In this document: positions 55,346 to 64,000 of the stretch, in pieces
Position numbering within the stretch: position 1 is the first letter of the stretch
How the letters are laid out: every line of letters starts with the position of its first letter
Assembly (NCBI RefSeq): GCF_006345805.1
Contig: NC_042999.1
Location: forward strand, 93,558,001 to 93,622,000
DNA: 64,000 nt
From: Octopus sinensis
Lineage: Eukaryota
Direction of reading: 5' to 3'
Made by a program: the position numbers and the translations under genes
The notes under the pieces: model-generated
Database searches by the model: none
The model's input: only the letters and a program-made list of their open reading frames with translations
What the model was told of the DNA's origin: nothing

Positions 55346-55615
55346 TTATCTAAACAAAAACGAATACAGTTGTGCTCTTGGAAACTGTAGGGTTACCCGA
55401 GAATAAAAGTTGGGCATTATTTCTAATTCAATGGTACAACAGTGTAACAGTTTGCTTTGACATACACTTACGTTGTGTTTTCTGCAATGTGTTGCATAAA
55501 TTGTCAAGTAAATGAGAGGCATCTTTGCCTCCACTGATTCAGTTGCAAAGTGTTGAGTAAATTTATTTGATTGCCAACTTGCTTTCAGTCTTTTTATTAT
55601 CACTCGGTCACACAT
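55346..55615 (-). mobile_element. Possible decayed AP-endonuclease fragment of a LINE
   Basis: DRVIIKRLK...TQHFATE weakly resembles SDRII..RL...QVYAPT. Confidence 0.3.
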
Positions 55616-55719
55616 AGTCCCCAGACTATATTTTTTACTGTCTTTACTGTCCTGTTTTTGTTACCATTTTTATCCCTCCGCAAAAAAATTTCAAATTTTA
55701 TTTAATTTGCCTTTTGCGG

Positions 55720-55796
55720 GAAGGAATGTTTTGTTGAAGTCGTGTCTCGCCTTGACCTTCGAAACGCAGAGTAGATGAAACAGAGGCGACTGAAGA
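55720..55796 (+). ncRNA. Non-circularly permuted hammerhead candidate (GUC site), apparently from a different repeat family
   Basis: GAAGG(55720-24)/CCUUC(55756-60); UGUUUUGUU(55727-35)/GAUGAAACA(55774-82); GUGU(55742-45)/ACGC(55764-67); C17=55746; UCGCC(55747-51)/GGCGA(55785-89); GAAA 55761-64; CUGAAGA 55790-96. Confidence 0.75.
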
Positions 55797-56073
55797 AGGG
55801 GAATTTTCCTTGTATTGTATGTCCTGTATTCTATTTTTTCGTTGTTTAAGAAAAATGTACATTTCCTTGGTTTTGTGTTTATGCTTTCGTTTCTCATTGT
55901 GTTCGACGTTTTCTGGGTGTCCCGTACCCATATATACATGTATATATACATGTAGAGGTAGGTACGTACATATATGTATGTATATATTCATATGTTTTAT
56001 TTATTTCTTAATTTATTATATGACGGGACGCACGCATTCATTTCTAAGTATATATATATAATATATATATACG

Positions 56074-56146
<73 letters not shown>

Positions 56147-57833
56147 GGTATTTATATATAAGAAAGCTTTCCTATCCACGTGAATAGGAAAGCCTTCTTT
56201 TGCCTTTCTAGGGCTTATGAGCCCCTTTAGACTATTATTTTCCTTAGCCATTGCCTGGTGGGAGCCATAAGGTTTAATCTTATTTAAAAATATTATTATC
56301 ATTATTATTACTTACAGGATTCTAACACACGGCATTGTATAAAAAAAAAACATTCGCACTGAAAGCTTATATATATATATGTGTGTTTGTATTTGCGTGT
56401 GTCTATGTATGCGTGTGCGCTTGTGTGCGCGAGTGTGTGCATGTCTGTGTATGCGTACGTATGTACGTATATATGTACTCGTAAGTATATATGCGTGTAT
56501 TCATGTGTGTGTATGTGTGAGTGTTTTAGGCTACCACTGATTCTTGGAGAGATAATTCCTGAAGCTTCCTAACTCTTTTGTATGGCAAAGTATCTAAGCT
56601 ACATTCACAAATCATTGTGTAATATCACAGCTACAGTAATGGAACGATGATAATCCGATACGTAATATCATCTAAAGTGACCTAATTCTAACAGTTGTTA
56701 CCTTATATTATTTAATGTACGTTATCGCTTATGTTTGTGAGATACAAATTCCACCTAACCTAATTAACACTTGTGTTCATTAGATATAATCGTCTAAGTT
56801 ATGTAATTCCATTATAATCTCACACTAATACTTGTGAGATATAATAAATCTACAGCAACAAATAAACGATACTTGTAAGATGTCAAACGCGTAAATTGCC
56901 CTATCACCTTATACTTATGCTTGTGAAAGTAAATATCACCCAATGTATCGTAACTGATATTTGTGAGAGGCCGTCGTTCTAATGATTATCAGATATAAAG
57001 TCATGTAATGGAATGGTTCTAATGCATTAGCATTTGCGTTCCCATGTGTGTTCTTATAGGAAAGCGGGACTACCAGTAAGTCAGTATAATGAAAGCAATT
57101 CGTCAAAAGGGTTATAATTTGTGTTAGAAATAACATTTTTATACTATATACCATACATATATTTTAGAAACAATTTGAATGAAAATCTCTATGAATCGTA
57201 AGTTGTGTTATCAGAGTTTTATTTCATAATTAACAATATACCAATATGCAAAATCTCATATATAAGTACGTTTTCTGTAGTATTTTCCATAAAACATCAA
57301 AACATCATTTGGATGGGCGGAGGCTCAATTTCCCTAGCTAAGTATGTAAAAATGAGAACCATATCGTGAATAAGTTGTCAACCAGAAACTGAATAAACGT
57401 AGCTTCTGTGTGACTCAAATAATCTACATTTTTGCTATCGTAATACACAAGAAGATGAAAAGGGGTTCTCATCTACATAAGGTTGAGAACCATCAAGCTA
57501 ACAAACACATCTTTAGTATTTGTTACACGTGATATATTTGTAGTAAATTGTCACTGAGAATTTGTAAAATTCTATATATACAGCTACCATAATCTGATCT
57601 AAAGTAATCTAATACCAATATTTATAAGATATAATATCCCCTATAGAAATAGAACACTCATGCATATGCGATATACTATTATATAAAGTAATCCAACTCT
57701 AGTGTGTGAGATGTCAAGGCATATGTTACGTAATTTAGTGTTTCCTCTAAAGCAATGTAACAATTTGATGGTGCGATGCGATATCATTTTAGGGTATCAG
57801 TGAAATATTACATGTGTTATTAGAAATCCATAT

Positions 57834-57968
<135 letters not shown>

Positions 57969-58182
57969 ATTGTGAAATAGAAAGATGGATAATCTTGTTG
58001 CAGATTAATCAAAAGTTTAACCGATACCTTGGTAGCAAAAATCACGGCAGAAGACAGCACGGTTGGAGGTACAATCATATGGTGTTGCAACCGTGCGTTG
58101 GTGCGGATAATTGAATTTTAATATTAATAGTGATTGAAGAAATGGAGTTGAACGAAGATTGAACAGAAATCGTTTTATTGCA

Positions 58183-58262
58183 TTCTACACGTGTTTCGAA
58201 AGGCACAATTTACCAAATTCCGATTGAATAAGGAGACCATATTGTGTCTTTCTCTTCAGGAA
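58183..58262 (-). ncRNA. Type I hammerhead, mirror copy on the minus strand
   Basis: Exact reverse complement of 58294-58373. Confidence 0.8.
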
Positions 58263-58293
58263 GAAATAGGAAATATTTCGGATTTCCTATTTC

Positions 58294-58373
58294 TTCCTGA
58301 AGAGAAAGACACAATATGGTCTCCTTATTCAATCGGAATTTGGTAAATTGTGCCTTTCGAAACACGTGTAGAA
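58294..58373 (+). ncRNA. Type I hammerhead, PLE-type (GUA site)
   Basis: UUC-CUGAAGA-GAAAGACACAAU...AUUGUGCCUUUC-GAAA-CACGUG-UA-GAA; stem II 11 of 12 bp, palindromic stem III. Confidence 0.8.
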
Positions 58374-58439
58374 TGCAATAAAACGACTTCTGTTCAATCT
58401 TCGTTCAACTCCATTTCTTCAATTCACTATTAATATATA

Positions 58440-58496
<57 letters not shown>

Positions 58497-58570
58497 CGTA
58501 AAATCAGTAATAACTTTACCAGGTAGCTAGTACGGAAATAAAAATCTTTTAGGTAACTTTACAAATGATC

Positions 58571-59069
58571 TTATAATTATATACATAATTATAACAAGGT
58601 GTCAGCTTTATGCTTCGCCATGTACTGATAAGAAATAGACGATAAAGCCTTTTTTACTACCATAAAATCTCCGAGAAATAACACATTTTAACGTAGGCAA
58701 AAGAAAAATGATGAACTAACAAGGCCGGTCAGTTATGATCACGTTTCGAACTTAAAGTAAAGCATATTACTGTTTCTCATGAGCATAATTTTCCACATAA
58801 AGTTCCATATTAAAGAGATGAGGAATTATGTACATTATTTACATTAATTACATTTGACGGATATTTGTCTTCAAGATGAGGACAAATATCCGTCAAATGT
58901 AAATAATGCAAATAATGTAAATAATTCCATATAAATTCACGAGTATTTTTAAAATATGTTATTTCTAGGAGATTTTATGGTAGTAAAAAAAACTTTAGCG
59001 TCTATTTGTTATCAGTACGTGGCGAAGCATAAAGCTGACCCATTTTTATAATTCTACATATAATTATAA
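58571..59069. repeat. Imperfect ~500-bp foldback with a central palindrome
   Basis: Outer arms 58571-58691 / ~58950-59069; inner palindrome TACATTTGACGGATATTTGTC...GACAAATATCCGTCAAATGTA centred near 58875. Confidence 0.8.
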
Positions 59070-59078
59070 AATAACATG

Positions 59079-59141
<63 letters not shown>

Positions 59142-59439
59142 TATAGAATTGAACAAGTGGAATGATACATTCAGGGATGGATGTAAATTGATTGACACTC
59201 CAAACGTTTGCATCTCTTCAAAACAATCAAATAATTTTTTAAAAGACGACAATGCCGTTGCATTAATTAGAATACACTCACACATCCATCTAATGAGCAG
59301 AACGAATGGAATTCCGCCCAGATATAATAGGTGTTCTACAAATATTATAAATAAATCAGTTCTGGCTGTTACATTAGCTGAGATCATAACTCACATTCCC
59401 GACTATTTCTTCTCATCTATTGATTATCAGCGTGGCAAT

Positions 59440-59810
59440 TACGAAAATGAACGATCATAATCATTATGATAATCAGCATTGTTACCATCATGATCATCAT
59501 ATTGAAGTATAATGAAGATCATTACCGATATTATCCTAAATCGTCGATAACTCTCTACTTTTATTCCTCCTCCTCCCCCTTCTTTGTCCACCTCATCATC
59601 ATTATCATCACCATCATCATCATTATCATCTTCCTCATCATCATCGGTAAAATTATTATCGTTATCATCGAGAACGACATTGTCGTAATGGTTGTTGTCT
59701 TTGCCAATCACATAGCATAGTCATCGTCGTCATCATCTTCTCCTTATCATCATCATCATCTTCATTGTCGTTGTCGTCGCTGTCATCATCATCACAGTTA
59801 CATTAGTACA
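59440..59810. repeat. (CAT)n-rich low-complexity tract
   Basis: Directly visible. Confidence 0.85.
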
Positions 59811-60024
59811 ATGATTGCTAGCGGAGTTGTTAAGGTTGAATTATTCTTCTATTGAGTGATGCTGGATGTGTCTAAATCCAAGACTTTTGAATTTTTATAA
59901 CCAGATATATATAGTTTATGTCGAAATATTTATTACGAGATATTATACAACATATCAACAAGAGGATGTCTGTTTCGTAGGTAACATAGAGTTGCACACA
60001 CACACACACACACGCACACACACG

Positions 60025-60064
<40 letters not shown>

Positions 60065-60186
60065 TGCACAAACAAAAAAGCTGTTTCGTAGTCATGAATT
60101 TCCCTGGATGGTTTGTTACAAAATAATACATGTCAAGCTATAGAGTTGCAGATAAATATCAAAGATCTCGTTATATCAATGTGATA

Positions 60187-60241
<55 letters not shown>

Positions 60242-60419
60242 TATATATATATGTTAGTAATTTTAGCACAAACTGATTTATGTCGTGTGGTAAATCCCGG
60301 TTATTGAAAGCACGCCTTTTAACCACATCCTATTCAGAATATACTTAATATTGTAAATATATACAAAATACAAAGGAAGATATGAAGAAAAAAAAAGATG
60401 CTTTATAATAGATTGTCTA

Positions 60420-60660
60420 TCGGCATAGACGTTGAGATTTCAGTTATTTGTTCGACTGCAAATATATCTCATTAAATTAACACGTAAGTGGCTGAATCAT
60501 TCAATGCCACGGATGATTTAATTTCAACGATGCATGAACTTGACCGAAAATCTAACAAGTTGGTCCTGCCGACATGCTTCAAATTTCTTTTACAATGTTT
60601 TCTCAAGATGCTACACACCGGATCGAACTTAGAAACTCATGGTAGCCAGGGAGATTTCTT
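60420..60660 (-). mobile_element. Decayed SINE
   Basis: Reverse complement contains a GTTCGATCCGG B-box-like motif and ATTCAGCCACTTACGTGTTAATTT, shared with other SINE bodies. Confidence 0.5.
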
Positions 60661-61329
60661 GCTTTAGTAGTTTAAAGATGATTCGGGTCAACGAGGAAGC
60701 TTCAATGAAAGGTAATTTGAGCTGCTAAAAATTGCAGGCAAATCTCGTTCAGTAATCCCAAGACTTTAATAAAAGTAAAGCAGATTATTGGATAATGATA
60801 TACAAAAACAAAACAAATGAATATAATACAAAGCGGAAAATAAAGGAAGGATGGTCATGGTTGGAATGCACTTAAATATCTGCTTGAATATAGGCTGGAA
60901 GTAAAACTAAAAGAACCAAAAGAAACGTAAGAAGATAAATCTCAAAAGAACAGCTTAAAAGAAACCAGCAACGTACAAACGTTACTATACATACACGAAA
61001 GAATTCGATACTTCCACAAGATCTATAAAATAACTACGAATTTCTTAAGAATTCCTATATTTGATGCTTCTACTCTTTCTTTATTGTTTATATTTCTTGC
61101 CTTTGAGCTAAAATTTTATACCATTCAAACTGCAAAGATTGTATAGTTTGTTTTGCCTAGGCTATATCCCAGTTTTACAACTTCTAAACAAATTATGGTT
61201 CATGGGAGGAGAATCAATTACTTTCATGTACTGTTATGTGCTATATGATATTTATTTATATATCTTTTTGTCTCTCACACACTCTGCCTCTTTTTAATCT
61301 CTAACTCTCTCTTTCACTCTGCCTATGTA

Positions 61330-61358
61330 TATACATACATACATACATACATACTACA

Positions 61359-61430
<72 letters not shown>

Positions 61431-61562
61431 TATACGGACATATGGACGTACATATATACATATGTATATAAATATATATATGTATATTTATATTTATACA
61501 CACACACGTATATATATAAATATATCGATATAGAGAGAAAGATAGAATATACACACGCATAT

Positions 61563-61599
<37 letters not shown>

Positions 61600-61963
61600 T
61601 GTGCGTGCACATGCCGGCAATATATTTCTGTATGTCTAACAGTTTCTAATATTGATAATTATTGATCTCTCTGCCTATATTTCTCATAGCTTTCTACCAA
61701 TATTGTTTACCTCGTACTGTATTATTACATTTCCTCTTCTATATAAAATATTTTTGAAAAGTCTCTCCGGTTTTTCTTCTGTCATAACCTCTCATTCATT
61801 TTCTTTTTTCTCTCTACTGTTTATCTGCAATTCAGTCCATGTATGTTGATTTATCTCTCTCGCTATTTATCTATCTTTCTATTTATCTATTAATCTATCC
61901 GTCTTGTCTCATTCCCTCCCGTTCCATTACAGACACTCGTTCTCTGTTTGAGTGTATATATAT

Positions 61964-62047
<84 letters not shown>

Positions 62048-62116
62048 GAATGTCTGTATATATAATATATATATATATATATATGTATGAATGTATGTAT
62101 ATAAATATCTATGTAA

Positions 62117-62148
<32 letters not shown>

Positions 62149-62173
62149 GTATGAATGTATATATATAAATATC

Positions 62174-62233
<60 letters not shown>

Positions 62234-62420
62234 CATATATATTTTTTGTGTATATACATATGCATATAGATATAAAATGTTTATGAAGTATACATGAATG
62301 TATCTAATAATGCATATATGTGTGTGTGTGTGTGTGTATGTGTGTGTGTGTGTGTGCGTACGTGCGTGCGTGTGTGTGTATGTGTATTCGTGTGTGAGCG
62401 TATGTGCGTGTAAGTGTATG
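61330..62420. repeat. TA/TACA/TG microsatellite cluster
   Basis: Directly visible. Confidence 0.9.
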
Positions 62421-63307
62421 TGTGGATAAGAGTACTCACTGAAGACCTCACACACTACATATAGATCTTTAAATTGATTTCCGAAACATAAATTAAATCA
62501 ATTGAGAATAATAACTTTGTGTGAAATATTAAAAAAATATGAAATAAAAGCAATTTCATATATTAAATGGAAAAATGGAAACATATCTTTATATATCATC
62601 TCATTAATAAAGATGTGATGAGGAAATTCTGTAATATCTTCTGAGGTGGATTATAAGTATTTTTTCGTTATTTCTTCGTTTACGTCTTTATTTTGTCTAA
62701 AATTGTTATATGAAGCGATTGCAACGGAAATATCTAAGGAATCAATAAAGGAAATATCTAAGAAAAATGCATATAATCTATTTATCTTGTTTCCTTGTTA
62801 CGCTTGAAAAAATGTAATGTAGTATATGATGTATGTTGGTTTGTAATGCTTTCTGACAGATGTGTCAATAATTCATTTCCCTTTACAACATTTAAGATTT
62901 AGTAGAATCAATTACAGCTGAAGTGATATATCAATTAAAAGTTCGATGTGTCGAAGTTAATAATACATAAAAGAACAAAATATCCAACAGAAAAGAAACG
63001 AAATAAAATAACCAAATAGTCCGGTAAGAAACAGCAGACAACCATCTCAATGGTATTTTCATATTAATGTTTTTACAATATATCAGTAGATGGTGGACTA
63101 AGTTTGCGACAAGTTTGTAAATCAACATTTAAAAGTAATTCACATCAGTTACGCTTCTTACCCCAAAATCATGAACATCAAAAAATCACCTCTCCCTTTG
63201 AGAATATATATGTGTGCATGTATGTGTGCATGTATGTGCGCACGCACTCACACGTATGCATATGTAAGTATGTATGTATGTATTATGTAAGTATGTATGT
63301 ATATGTT

Positions 63308-63379
<72 letters not shown>

Positions 63380-63386
<7 letters not shown>

Positions 63387-63512
63387 ATTTCAAACTTACA
63401 GAAAAACTAAAGACGAAGACAGGTGTAGGAACAACAAGCGAGTTTATTAGTTTGACGCTCGGGAAAAATGGAAAAGCAATTTATGTTTCGAACTTATGCT
63501 CTTCGACAGAAA
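63380..63512 (-). repeat. Copy of the CTGTCGAAGAGC repeat family (decayed hammerhead variant)
   Basis: Minus strand TTTCTGTCGAAGAGCATAAGTTCGAAACATAAATT...CCCGAGCGTCAAACTAATA. Confidence 0.7.
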
Positions 63513-63689
63513 CGATTACGTGGAAATAAGTTTGGGTATAAAATATGTTCAGGTATAAAAAAAAACAATTTTACACTAATCTGATGTCTAACTCTATACT
63601 TTTGTAGAGTACAAATTTTTTAACACAATCTTCAACACACACACACATACACACAAAATATTGCTTTAAACAATATAAACGCTACTGCC

Positions 63690-64000
63690 AAAGAAATATC
63701 AGCTAAACTTAAAATAGAAGTTAGAGACAGTACATTAACACCAAAATACACATACATTACCATGAAAGACTAGAAACAAAACTTCAATACTAACTCATAC
63801 GTCAAACTTATAAATCCTTTCGAAATCTGATATAGGCATCTTTAATGAAGAAACGAAATAATTGGCAAATGCACACCAAAAATAAAAACAAGATCAACAC
63901 TAATTCTCTGGAATAAGAATTACGAATTAATAGATTGGTTCAAGAAAATTCCAACAATAGCGCATGCCATTTATTCCAGTTTCACCTAAAATACTATTGT
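63690..64000 (+). mobile_element. Penelope-like RT N-terminal remnant, cut by the window end
   Basis: AKEISAKLKIEVRD...YITMKD*KQNF...KLINP...LIDWFKKIP, matching the PLE T.KDHK.NF...RLINP...I.WF pattern. Confidence 0.7.

Larger units (their letters stand above)
58121..58436. repeat. Near-perfect 316-bp palindrome (inverted pLTR-like duplication)
   Basis: Arms 58121-58274 and 58282-58436, 7-nt spacer, one mismatch (A58169/C58387) and one 1-nt indel. Confidence 0.95.

Noticed and set aside
59439-59720. Asp-rich and Ile-rich ORFs
   Set aside because: Products of the (CAT)n low-complexity tract.

Overview
AT-rich eukaryotic non-coding DNA, packed with microsatellites and decayed transposons. The repeat repertoire (tRNA-derived SINEs, many Penelope fragments, mariner, RTE, CR1, Helitron-like elements, dense TA/CA/TATG tracts) suggests an octopus-type cephalopod genome; this is inference and was not checked by search. 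I can support no host protein-coding gene. Most ORFs in the supplied track are microsatellite read-throughs or antisense shadows of TE ORFs. Main elements: a near full-length degenerate HERO-like RLE LINE (-, ~531-4400), a full-length decayed mariner (15706-16966), a 5'-truncated RTE LINE with a ~73-bp target duplication (51704-54252), several Penelope-like (PLE) remnants, two Helitron-like non-autonomous elements, SINEs and foldback palindromes. The most striking signal is RNA-level. Five loci (7740 +, 26239 -, 27010 -, 37325 +, 55720 +) and a decayed sixth in the HERO 3' UTR carry all hammerhead core nucleotides (NUH, GAAA, CUGANGA) in a non-circularly permuted, pseudoknotted order. Four helices are maintained by compensatory changes across otherwise unalignable sequences. 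Two copies lie 771 nt apart in a tandem, retrozyme-like unit. Conventional PLE-type minimal hammerheads, including core variants and a head-to-head pair in a 316-bp palindrome, are also present.
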